A stretch of 64,000 nucleotides of DNA from Octopus vulgaris (taxonomy: Eukaryota), in assembly GCA_951406725.2 (NCBI GenBank), contig OX597829.1:50964001-51028000 (forward strand), given 5' to 3'. This document shows, piece after piece, positions 52,774 through 64,000 of the stretch. Below the pieces are notes generated by a model, which made no database searches, had not been told where the DNA came from, and worked only from the letters and a program-made list of their open reading frames with translations. Position 1 is the stretch's first letter. The number at the start of each line of letters is the position of its first letter. A program made the position numbers and the translations under genes.

Positions 52774-53185
52774 ATGTCTATCCAATCTATCTATCCATAT
52801 GTCCATCTATCTGTCTATCTATCTATCTATCTATCTATCTATCCAATCAATCTATCCATCTGTCTATCTATCTGTCCATCCATCTATCCATCCATCCACC
52901 AATATATCTATCTATCTATGTATCTATCTATCTATCACTCCAACCAGTTTATCCATCCATCTAGCTGTCTATCTATCTGTCTGTTCGTCCATCCATCCAT
53001 CCATCTGTCTAATTGTCTGTCTGTCCATCCATCTATCCATCAATCTATCTGTTTATCTATCTATCTATCTGTCTGTCCGTCCATCCATCCATCTATTTAT
53101 CTATCTGTCTATCTGCCTATCTATCTATCTGTCTATCTATCTATCTATCTGTCTGTCTGTCTGTCCGTCCATCTGTCTAGCTAGC
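52410..53185. repeat. (TCTA/TCCA/TCTG)n compound tetranucleotide repeat
   Basis: Direct inspection. Confidence 0.95.
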
Positions 53186-53610
53186 TATGTAAGAAATATA
53201 ATATTGGTAAGGAGTTAACATGCTATTTATGAGAAACTATTCTTTAAGTGTGATGATATGAGATGTTAACCCTTTAGCAATTAAACCAGCCACATCTGGC
53301 CCAAATATTCTACCTCTTCCATGTTCAAAGTGACCAGCTCCAGCCTCTCATACCTACCATACAATGTCATTCTAAACATAAGCAATCACATCATCAAAAT
53401 CTCAAAGCTATTAGATAATGTGTAATTATTTCAAAACCTAGTGAATAAATAAGTAATTACATTTGACATAGAAACCTGAACCCTGAGGGATTAAACATGG
53501 CAGTTAACATATTTGATTTTAAGAACATCCCTACTCTTAGCCGTATTTCGTCTGCCGTTACGTTCTGAGTTCAAATTCCGCCAAGGTCGACTTTGCCTTT
53601 CATCCTTTCG

Positions 53611-53948
53611 GGGGTCGATAAAATTAAGTACCAGTTACAAACTGGGGCCGATAAAATTAAGTACCAGTTACAAACTGGGGTCGATAAAATTAAGTGCCAG
53701 TTACAAACTGGGGTCGATAAAATTAAGTGCCAGTTACAAACTGGGGTTGATAAAATTAAGTGCCAGTTACAAACTGGGGTCGATAAAATTAAGTGCCAGT
53801 TACAAACTGGGGTTGATAAAATTAAGTGCCAGTTACAAACTGGGGTTGATAAAATTAAGTGCCAGTTACAAACTGGGGTCGATAAAATTAAGTGCCAGTT
53901 ACAAACTGGGGTCGATAAAATTAAGTGCCATTTACACACTGGGGTCGA
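53611..53948 (+). repeat. 33-bp minisatellite (10 full units) inside a type B SINE (53537-54022)
   Basis: Unit ggggtcgataaaattaagtgccagttacaaact at 53611, 53644, ... 53908. Confidence 0.97.
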
Positions 53949-54029
53949 CATAATCAACTTAATCCGTTTGTCTGTCCTTGTTTGTCCCCTCTATGTTTAG
54001 CCCCTTGTGGGTAATAAAGAAACATATCT

Positions 54030-54600
54030 TTCATTAATTCTTCAAAATTGCTCCCATTCAACGCCTCCACATGGATGTTTTATAAAACAAATCTTTTCTC
54101 CTTTCCTTTTACCATTTTTTTTTGCTTCCTTTTAACAAATTTCTTCAGTTTGCCTTTGGTTTCATTCTATAACTTCTTTTCTCTTTTTCTGTCTTCCTTG
54201 CTCTTTTTCTCTCTTCCATTCTTCCTATCTATCTCTTTTATTTCTGTTCAATTCCCATGCCAAGAAAGTTCTTTGCACACCTTCCTGTCATTGTAATCGC
54301 TTACCATTTTCTTTTCTATTGTTACTATTTTACCAACTGGAGTTTCATTCTATATTCTACATCCTTTTTCTAGGTACCATCCACATATACCATTCACAGA
54401 AGATTTTTCACTGTCTGCCAATTGTTTTTGTCTTGCACCATGTCTGGATCCCATCAATGAATCTATTTATTTGCTTCCCAAGGGTACATTTCTTTGTTAG
54501 AAAATTTTCCAGATGGTCCCTACGTCAGTCAAAGATAATTTTGTCTTTCTCCAAACTCATCTGCATTTCAGTCTCTTACGTCTCTGATTCCATTGTTTCG
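54030..54600 (-). mobile_element. Decayed ORF with CCCH zinc-finger-like remnants, probably a LINE ORF1
   Basis: Minus-strand fragments ENFLTKKCTLGKQ, GICGWYLEKGCR, KVCKELSWHGN with stops and frameshifts. Confidence 0.35.
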
Positions 54601-55099
54601 TTATGAAAATTCTTTGTTTGATACCAGCTCAAAAGAGCTGCTGGAATGTAACATAACAGAGAGCTAAGCAACCTGTCATGTTAAAGACAAAAATGAAACA
54701 AAAAATAAAAAACCAAATAAGAAACTCACATGCTCACACATACGCACACACAAACAAACATGCACACACACACACACACACACCAAAACAAACCCCAATC
54801 GCTATGGAAACTTACAGAAAAGGTCACTTTTGCAGCAAGCAAGAATCACAAGTTCCATCAAAGCTAAACAAACTGAAAGTGCAGAGAAGGACAAGAGAAC
54901 CAACCTAAATAGTAATATCGGATTACTGCGATCACTTTCAGAGGTGACTTATTCATATTTCCCTGTGCCAATGAGAAAGTCAGGTGGGTGGGTGGGTGGG
55001 TGGGGAGAGATGGACATTAAACATCCAAATCAGAAAGACACACAAGCTTTCAATTGAAATGTTAACAATCGGACTTAAATGTAATATATCTATTTATCT

Positions 55100-55792
55100 A
55101 CTTATATGCATGTCTGCCTGTCTGTCTGTATGTATGTATATATGCATGTATGTATGTATGTATAGATGTATGTGTATTTATAAATATATGTGTGTGTATA
55201 CATATGCATATATAAATATGTATGTGTATTTCTAAATGGATATATATATATATGTATGTATATATGTATGCATATATGTATATATATATGTATGTATGTG
55301 TATGTGTATATGTATGTATGTATATGTATTTGTATTTATAAATATATATGTATATTTATATATGTGTATTTATAAATATATATGTATACATATTGTTATA
55401 TTTATATTGCACAACAAATATTTAAACGTATGTATACATAGGCATATATATAGATATGTACGTGTATTTCTAAATGTATATACATATATATGTATATATG
55501 TATGTATGCATATATGTATATATATATGTATGTATGTATGTATATGTATTTGTATTTATAAATATATATGTATATTTATGTATGTGGATTTATAAATATA
55601 TATGTATACATATGCATATATAAATATGTACGTGTATTTCTAAATGTATATACATATATATGTATATATGTATGTATATATGTATGCATATATGTATATA
55701 TATATATGTATGTATGTGTATGTGTATGTATGTATATGTATTTATAAATATATATGTATATTTATGTATGTGTATTTATAAATATAAATGTA

Positions 55793-55840
<48 letters not shown>
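55100..55840. repeat. TA/TATG low-complexity tract with higher-order duplicated units
   Basis: Anchor 'gtgtatttctaaatg' recurs three times (~55225, 55462, 55632). Confidence 0.85.
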
Positions 55841-55842
<2 letters not shown>

Positions 55843-56236
55843 AAATCAAAAAAGAAAACAAAGAACAAATACAAGAAAAAATGTGAAGACATGGTACATG
55901 TAAAGTATTGGCAGATGTTCAGGGAAGGAAAGAAAGGTGGCTTTTTCATGTATATGTGTGTGGGTATATATATGTGTTTGTGTGTGTGTGTGTATAAGAG
56001 TTATACACTGAGGGAAAGCCACCAAGTGGCTTTCCATCATGTTAACGTATCAAAATAAGAATAACTTTTTCATGGTATGGGATTTAACTCCCATTTCTAG
56101 CATGATAGAAAACCACTTGGTGACTTTCCCTTAATGTATACTCTCGTATACACATAATATAATAATATTTGCAGTCAACGGATATTTTTACTCATGCTGG
56201 CCAATGGTAAAGAATTAATATTTAATTTTTACCCTT

Positions 56237-56406
56237 GGTGTGTTTACGTTCTTGTCACTTAGTGGTTCAGCAAAAGAGACTGATAGAATAAGTACTGGGC
56301 TTACAAAGAATAAGTCCCGGGGTCGATTTGCTTGACTAAAAGCGGTGCTCCAGCATGGCTGCAGTCAAATGACTGAAACAAGTAAAAGAGTAAAGAGTAA
56401 AAGAGT
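56237..56406 (+). mobile_element. SINE type A right arm only
   Basis: Consensus right arm + tail. Confidence 0.88.
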
Positions 56407-56410
56407 ATAC

Positions 56411-57267
56411 ATGGGCAAAGTTCAGAAAGCTCCTACCTCTATTGGTGACAAAGGGCCTCTCGCTCAGACTGAAAGGTAGATTGTACAATGCATGTGTATG
56501 AACTGCCATGCTTCATGGCAGTGAAACATGGGCTGTGACTGCTGAATACACAAGTAAGCTCGAGAAAAATGAAGCTAGCATGATCCGCTGGATGTGTAAT
56601 GTCAGTGTGCACACACACGACAGAGTGTAAACATCCTGAGAGAAATTTTGGACATAAGAAGCATCAGATGTGGTGTGCAAGAGAGACAACTGTGCTGGTA
56701 TGATCATGTGCTGCATATGGATGAGGCGAGCTGTGTAAAGAAGTGTCACTCCCTAAAGGTGAAAAGAACCTGTGGAAGAGGTAGACCCAGGAAGATGTGG
56801 GATGAAGTGGTGAAGCATGACTTTTGAACGTTGGGCCTCACAGAGAAAATGACAAAAAACCAAGACCTCTGGAGATAGGCTGTGACTGAGAAGACCCAGC
56901 AAGTAAAGTGAGATCACAGCCGTAGCCTACACCAGTGTCGCATAACCAGCCCACTTAAAAGAAAAGTACCTTTGGATCGTTGGGTGACATGCTGTGCTTG
57001 AGGAGACCTATTGAGTCAAGTAAACCAAAATCAAATTGAAATTGTAGTTGTGGCTGATGCCAGTACCACCTGACTGGTGGCACACAATAAACACCATGCA
57101 TCAGTTGTTGCCAATGTCACCTGACTGGCTCCCCATGGTCAATGCCAGCCCCCTTCCCCGAGTCGCTCCAGTGTTGGTGGTATGTAAAAAGAACCCACTA
57201 CACTCTCAGAGTGGTTGGCATTAGGAAGGGCATCCAGCTATAGAAACATTGCCAGATCAGATTGGCA
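56411..57267 (+). mobile_element. RTE LINE 3' fragment
   Basis: WAKFRKLLPLLVTKGLSLRLKGRLYNACV*TAMLHGSETWA...MIRWMCNVS...CGRGRPRKMWDEVV, then type C tail. Confidence 0.9.
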
Positions 57268-57529
57268 CTATACTTGTTCCACATCCTCGCGTTGTTGTGT
57301 TTTCTGTTTGTGTTTTCATGTTTGGATTAACTTGATATACATATATATATAATATACACACACACACACACACATTCATACATGCATACATACATATGTA
57401 TATACATGTGTGTTTATGTATAATTATAATATATAATAATAATAATAATAAACAACAACAAAAGAATGAGACCCCAATATTAGAGAAATAAAGGATTATT
57501 TATATATGTTATAATTTAGAACAAGCAAT

Positions 57530-57941
57530 AAGGGTGCAGGAGTGGCTGTGTGATAAGTAGCTTGCTTACTAACCACATGGTTCCAGGTTCAGTCCCACTG
57601 CGTGGCACCTTGGGCAAGTGTCTTCTACTATAGCCTCGGGCCGACCAAAGCCTTCTGAGTGGATTTGGTGGATGGAAACTGAAAGAAGCCTGTCGTATAT
57701 ATGTATATATATATATATAAATAGATGTGTGTGTATGTGGTGTGTCTGTGTTTGTCCCCCTAGCATTGCTTGACAACCAATACTGGTGAGTTTATGTCCC
57801 CATAACTTAGCGGTTCGGCAAAAGAGACTGATAGAATAAGTACTGGGCTTACAAAGAATAAGTCCCGGGGTCGATTTGCTCGACCAAATGCGGTGCTCCA
57901 GCATGGCTGCAGTCAAATGACTGAAACAAGTAAAAGAGTAA
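57530..57941 (+). mobile_element. SINE type A
   Basis: Consensus match. Confidence 0.92.
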
Positions 57942-58636
57942 TAAGTTGTCATTATGATACTCGGAGTTTTGTGTATTTTTTAATCTATTTTCTTTTTCTT
58001 TTATTCAATGGTTTTTCATAGCGTCTGTTGCCATTAATCACCGGCGAGAATGCATCGTAGCTCTTCGTTCTGACATTTGAAACTCAGAGTATTATAATGA
58101 CAACCTTTTACTGTTTGTTCTAAATTATAACACACACATACACACATATATATGAATGTATGATGTTTTGAAGGAAAAAGAAATATCAGAAAACAAAAAG
58201 GGAAAAAAAAAACTAGATAAAAAATAACAGAAAGCACTTCGAATAATTTGGCAGAACTTTTTTGATTGAGGTGGAAGACTTGACATTAATATGTCATGGT
58301 GTTGCGTACATAGTATAAAGGCTTTATATAATCAGAAAAAACAATATCGCCTGACACAACATCAAGAGTGGAGGTCGGGAGAGGAGGGGAGGTTGGGAAT
58401 TTGGTTGATAAATATTAAGGAATATACCAAAGTTGAACATTCTCTTCTGAACTTAATCTCTTTGACAAAGAATGAGCAATGTATGAAGAAATATTGTTTT
58501 ATGTCGACTTTTTGTAGTTCTTCAGCAAATTGCAATTTTTGAGACATGGCGGCTGCTGCTGCTGCTGCTGATGATGATGATGTTAAGAGCATGGAAATAC
58601 ACACACACACAACACAGATTTGCTTATATGTTTGTG

Positions 58637-58670
<34 letters not shown>

Positions 58671-58964
58671 CGTCATTTAATATCTATTTTCCATGCTGGC
58701 ATAGGTTGGACGGTCTGACAGGAGCAAGGCCCAGAAGCCATACCAGGTTCCATTCTTTGTTTTGGCATGGTTTCTATGGTTGGATACCCTAAAAAAAAAA
58801 CAGACTATGGAACCTTCTGCAGCACCTGACTTTGCTGGCTTCTATCAAATCATCTGACCCATGCCAGCATGGAAAGCAAATGATGACGATGGTGGTGGTG
58901 ATTGTGGTGGTGGTGGCGGTGGTGGCGACGGTGGTGGTGAGGATAATGACAACAATGGCGATGA

Positions 58965-59171
58965 TACTCTTTTACTCATTTGACTGTGGTCATGCTGGAG
59001 CACCGCCTTTATAGTCGAGGAAATCGACCCTCAGAGCTTATTCTTTGTAAGCCTAGTACTTATTCTACCAGTCTCTTTTGCTGAACAGCTAAGTTACGGG
59101 GACATAAACACACCAGCATCGGTTGTCAAGCGATGCTGGGGGGACAAACAGACAAACAGACACACAAACAT

Positions 59172-59202
<31 letters not shown>

Positions 59203-59367
59203 CAACAGGCTTCTTTCAGTTTCCGTCTACAAAATCCACTCACAAGGCTTTGGTCGGCCCGAGGCTATAGTTGAAGACACTTGCCCAAGGTGCCACACAG
59301 TGGGACTGAATCCTGGACCATATGGCTGGTAAGCAAGCTACTTACCACACAGCCACTCGTGCGCCTG
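58965..59367 (-). mobile_element. SINE type A
   Basis: Consensus match. Confidence 0.9.
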
Positions 59368-59430
59368 ATGGTGATGATGATGATGATTATTATTATTATG
59401 ATGATGATGGTGATGTGGATGATGATGATA

Positions 59431-59464
<34 letters not shown>

Positions 59465-59469
<5 letters not shown>

Positions 59470-59688
59470 GTGGGGGCACTGAAAAGTTTCTGGCATTGGA
59501 TAAAAGAAAATACAGGAGGATCAGTTAATTATGATTTTATTCAACATATTTCCCTCTCAGATTCACATACTTATTGGAACAGTTCTTCTGTTTTTCTAAG
59601 TCCTGTAAAAATAACTCAGAATGTTGGGCCTCCAACCAGACCTTTCACAATACCCATAAAGCCAAGAACATTTCAGCACTACCTCATA
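59465..59688. mobile_element. Mariner-derived MITE
   Basis: TIRs tgagg..gcactgaaaagtttctggc / gccaagaacatttcagcactacctca flanked by TA. Confidence 0.7.
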
Positions 59689-59711
59689 TGTGTGTGTGTG
59701 TGTTTATTTAT

Positions 59712-59807
59712 ATGGCATCTTGGGCAAGTGTCTTCTGCTATAGCCCCGGGCCAACCAATGCCTTGTGAGTGGATTTGGTAGACGGAAACTGAAAGAAGCC
59801 TGTCGTA

Positions 59808-59853
<46 letters not shown>

Positions 59854-60068
59854 AGTGTTTGTGTATATGTGTTTGTTCTCCTAGCATTGCTTGACAACCG
59901 ATGCTGGTGTGTTTACGTCCCCGTCACTTAGCGGTTCGGCAAAAATAGACCGATATAATAAGTACTGGGCTTACAAAGAATAAGTCCCGGGGTCGATTTG
60001 CTCGACTAAAGGTGGTGCTCCAGCATGGCCGCAGTCAAATGACTGAAACAAGTAAAAGAGTAAGAGTA
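59712..60068 (+). mobile_element. SINE type A, 5'-truncated
   Basis: Consensus match. Confidence 0.9.
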
Positions 60069-60415
60069 TATATATGTATATAGTTTACTGTTTGTTTACA
60101 TGAAACACCAGCACATAAAAGTGCACAATATGGACTTACGCTGAAAGTATGCAAAACCTGATACGTGTTTATTTACGAATAAGGTAAATAAGGGTGTCGC
60201 ATTACTCAACTGTGGATTTATTCATTTGACTGTACGCATCAACGAATTAAGAAAATGTGGTTGTTTATTTTATAAATTTTGCAATCAATGCATTTTCAAA
60301 AACTCACATGATGCCAAATGCTGATTTATCATACCTCAAGGTCCACTTTTGAAATTCCCAAAAAAAGAATCAAGGTCGAAAAGAATTTGTTTCTCTCTCT
60401 CTCTCCCTCCCTCGT

Positions 60416-60467
<52 letters not shown>

Positions 60468-60597
60468 GTTTTTTGTGCCTTGTTTTTGCACATCTAGGTG
60501 CAGCTAAGATTGTGGTTAAGAAGCTCATTTAGCAACCCATGTAGTGTTGGGTTCAGTCCCACTTCACAGCACCTTGGGTATATCTGTTTTATATTAT

Positions 60598-60829
60598 CTA
60601 TTTCTTTACTACCCACAAGGGGCTAAACACAGAGGGGACAAACAAGGACAGACAAACAGATTAAATCGATTACATTGACCCCAGTGCGTAACTGGTACTT
60701 AATTTATCGACCCCGAAAGGATGAAAGGCAAAGTCGACCGCGGCGGAATTTGAACCCAGAACGTAACGGCAGACGAAATACGGCTACGCATTTCGCCCAG
60801 CGTGCTAACGTTTCTGCCAGCTCGCCGCC
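60598..60829 (-). mobile_element. SINE type B inserted in an old type A head
   Basis: 11-bp TSD TTTTATATTAT at 60587-60597 and 60830-60840. Confidence 0.9.
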
Positions 60830-60934
60830 TTTTATATTATAGCATCAGGCTGACCAATGTCAATGAATTTGGTTGACAGAAATTATATCTATATCTATAT
60901 ATGAAGTGTGTGTGTGGGGTGGGGAGAAGGGATC

Positions 60935-61258
60935 ACTCCATCGGTTATGACAATGAGAGTCCCAACTGATCCGATCAACGGAACAGCTTGCTCATGAAAT
61001 TAACATGCAAGTGGCTGAGCACTCCACACACATGTGTACCCTTAATGTAGTTCTCAGTGAGATTCAACATGACACACAGAATGTGACAAGGCTGGGTCCT
61101 TTGAAATACAGGCACTACTCATTTTTGTTAGCTGAGTGGACTGGAGCAATGTGAAATGGAGTGTCTTGCTCAAGGACACAGCGCATCACCGGGAATTGAA
61201 CTCACAACCTTACAATCATGAGCCGAATACCCTAACCACTAAGCCACATGCCTTCACA
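60935..61258 (-). mobile_element. tRNA-head SINE: Meta-like domain + type D tail
   Basis: A box TGGCTTAGTGG, B box GAGTTCAATTCCC, 'gtgtccttgagcaagacact'. Confidence 0.8.
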
Positions 61259-61288
61259 TCTACCTATTTATCTATATCTATATATATA

Positions 61289-61524
61289 TACTTTATTTAA
61301 AAGCAGCAGAAATTCAACAAAACCTGTTACTCGGAGTTTCACGTTTCCCTTCGTCGGACAGTTTTGTTAAAATTTTAACAAAACTGTCCGACAAACAGGA
61401 ACATGAAACTCCGAGTAACAGGCTTTGTTGTATTTCTGCTACTTTTAAATAAAGCATATTGCTCTACCCCTGGTATTTGAGTACTCTTTTTTTCCACCTT
61501 GTTTCACATTTATGTGTTTACTCC

Positions 61525-61530
<6 letters not shown>
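61289..61530. mobile_element. Fold-back element with two inverted hammerhead-like motifs; same family as 25615-25792
   Basis: Palindrome centred on aaaatttt (~61370-61377); motifs at 61319-61365(-) and 61380-61426(+); flanked by (TA)n. Confidence 0.8.
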
Positions 61531-61569
<39 letters not shown>

Positions 61570-61608
61570 TGAAGTGTTTTCACCAAGATGACTCGACTAG
61601 TAGGAATT

Positions 61609-61697
<89 letters not shown>

Positions 61698-61947
61698 CAG
61701 TAATCCGTTGCCATATCACAGTTTACCTATTGCGCACTCAGTATATCCAGGTTTCTGTGGTTGATAGGCATTTATATGTTTTTAGATTTTAATTATTTCT
61801 GTGTGAAGTTTTGGAACGTAACAACTGCAATCGCCGAGGGATTACTGTGTATACATATCTATATATATATGTAAATAAATGTATAAGTATGTATTAATAT
61901 AAGTGTATATGTATGTGTGTGTGTCTATATATATGTATGTATATGCC

Positions 61948-62955
61948 AGTGGGGCAAGCTAAAGGAAGTAGATAGCTTCTGTTATCTAGGTGACCAAGTT
62001 AGTAGTGGAGGGTACTCTGAGAGCGTAGCAGTGAGAACAAGATTAGGCTGGGCAAAATTCAGAGAGCTCCTACCTCTGTTGGCAACAAAGGGCCTCTCTC
62101 TCTTAAAATGAAAGGCAGATTGTATGATGTGTGTTAACAGCAATGCTACATGGCAGTGAAACATGGGCTGTGACTGCTGAGGATATGCATAGGCTTGAAA
62201 GAAATGAAGCCAGTATGCTTTGCTGGATGTGCAATGTCAGTGTGCATGTTTGACAGAGCGTTAGCATTTTGAGAGAAAAGGTAGGCATAAGAGGTATCAG
62301 ATGTGGTATGCAAGAAAGATGGCTGCATTGGTATGATCATATGATGCATATAGACGAGAACAGCTGTGTAAAGAAGTGCTGATCTCTAACTGTGGAGGAA
62401 ACCTGTGGCAGAGGTAGACACAGGAAGACCTGGGACGAAGTGGTGAAGCTTGGTCTTCGAACTTTGAGCCTTACAGAGACAATGACTAATGACTGAGACC
62501 TTTGGCAGTATGCTGTGCTTATGAAGACTCGTCAAGCCAAGTGAAGTTGGTGTCATGTAACTGGCATGCACACATGCCAGTGGCACATAAAAAAATACTG
62601 CTGGAGCATTGGGCCTGACAGAGGCGAAGTGGCTAAGTTCCTTTCAAGCATTGGGCCTCACAGAGGCAATGACTAAGACCTTTGGCATCATGTCATGCTT
62701 GAGAAGAAGACCCATCAAGGCAAGCAAAATCACAGTTGTGGTAGATACCAGTGTCACGCAAATGGCACCTGTGTCAGTGGCACATAAAAGCACCCATTTA
62801 CACTCTTGGAGTGGTTGGCATCAGGATGGGCATCAGGCCATAGAAAACCATGCCAAATCAGACTGGAGTTTTCTGCAGCCTTCCAGTTTGCCGGCCCTGG
62901 TCAAACTGTCCAACCCATGCCAGCATGGACAATTGACATTAAATGATAATGATGT
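61948..62955 (+). mobile_element. RTE LINE 3' fragment
   Basis: LKEVDSFCYLGDQVSSGGYSESVAVRTRLGWAKFRELLPLL..., then type C tail. Confidence 0.9.
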
Positions 62956-63202
62956 ATATATATGTATGTATGGTGTTCCATTTTATGTGAATGTGTTCAC
63001 GTAACTCTTGTCTTGACCTTGCACCATAGTTGTAAAATGATTCTCCCTGTTATAAAAGCAGTGCTCTTCAATTCCAATCTTCCATGTAAATAGACCGATA
63101 GAATAAGTACTAGGCTTACAAAGAATATGTCCTGGGGTCGATTTGTTCAACTAAAGGTTGTGCTCCAGCATGGCTGCAGTCAAATGACTGGAACAAATAA
63201 AA

Positions 63203-63250
<48 letters not shown>

Positions 63251-64000
63251 GTGTGTATGTGTGTGTGCTTGTCCCCTACCACTGCTTGACAGCTGGTGTT
63301 GGTTTGTTTATATCCCTGTAATGTAATGGTTTGGTAAAAGAGACAAATCGGATGGAATAAATACCAGGCTTTAAAAAATTAGGTGGTGGAGTGGGGGGTC
63401 AATTAATTTGACTAAAATAAAATCCTTCAAGGCAATGAATGACCCAGCATGACCACAGTGACTAAAACAAATAAAAAGATAAAAATAGAATCTTGTATGA
63501 AAATTATTATTAATGATAATAATAATAATATTATCATTATTATTGTTGTTGTTATTATTATTATTAGTAGTAGTAGTAGTATTATTATTATTATTATTAT
63601 TATTACAGAGACAAAGTCAATGCACAAGGGAAAACTAAATCTTACATAATCAACAACAATAGCAGCAGAACTTTACCATTCCACTGACAATGGAATCAAT
63701 ACAAAGACGGAAATCATATACATTACTCTAAGCTGTTATGTTAAAATCATTCTTAACAACAAACAGTCTCTGACATTAGAATTTCAAGCTTGGATGGCAT
63801 AATTTATATCATAAAATCTGATCTCGCATACATTCATGCAATGTACTGTCATAGATACATTGATAAGTGGTTGAAAAATTTGTTTTGTAACCATGTGATT
63901 TGAGGGTTCAAACATCACTGCATGGCATCTTTAGCAGGTGCCTTCTATTGTAGCTTCAGGTTGACAATACCTTTTCAATGAAAGGCGGTGAGCTGGCGGA

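Noticed and set aside
52342-53218. 280-aa ORF
   Set aside because: Translation of (TCTA/TCCA)n.
53611-53948. CRISPR-like array / 11-aa repeat proteins
   Set aside because: Units are contiguous with no unique spacers, there are no cas genes, and the unit derives from the surrounding SINE.
58362-58556. Minus-strand GCCGCCATG followed by MSQKLQFAEELQKVDIKQY...
   Set aside because: The Kozak-like context arises from a CAG microsatellite edge; weak donor and no recognisable homology. Not excluded without RNA data.

Overview
This is a 64 kb AT-rich eukaryotic window dense in microsatellites and transposable elements. It is most likely from an octopus or related coleoid cephalopod, judged from the SINE and LINE families I recognise (inference, not checked by search). 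Nearly all listed ORFs are artefacts of simple repeats or SINE text. The window holds four tRNA-head SINE types (labels A-D are mine), decayed Penelope, R4/Dong, RTE, Tx1 and CR1-group LINEs, a nested Gypsy remnant, a collapsed LTR element with an intact TSD, and mariner, hAT, piggyBac, Merlin-like and Helitron-like non-autonomous elements. A host gene on the + strand is only tentatively supported: a 5'-exon/promoter-like region near 18.2-18.9 kb, and candidate exons at 35.87 kb and 36.96-37.1 kb. The strongest signals are: (1) a SINE copy with 13 strand-specific A-to-G changes that looks like a retroposed ADAR-hyperedited RNA; (2) minimal type-I hammerhead ribozyme folds with non-canonical cores in Penelope-like stubs sitting in (TA)n tracts; (3) SINE multimers built at one fixed junction; (4) combinatorial head/tail swapping among SINEs. 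All alignments were done by eye and many boundaries are approximate.
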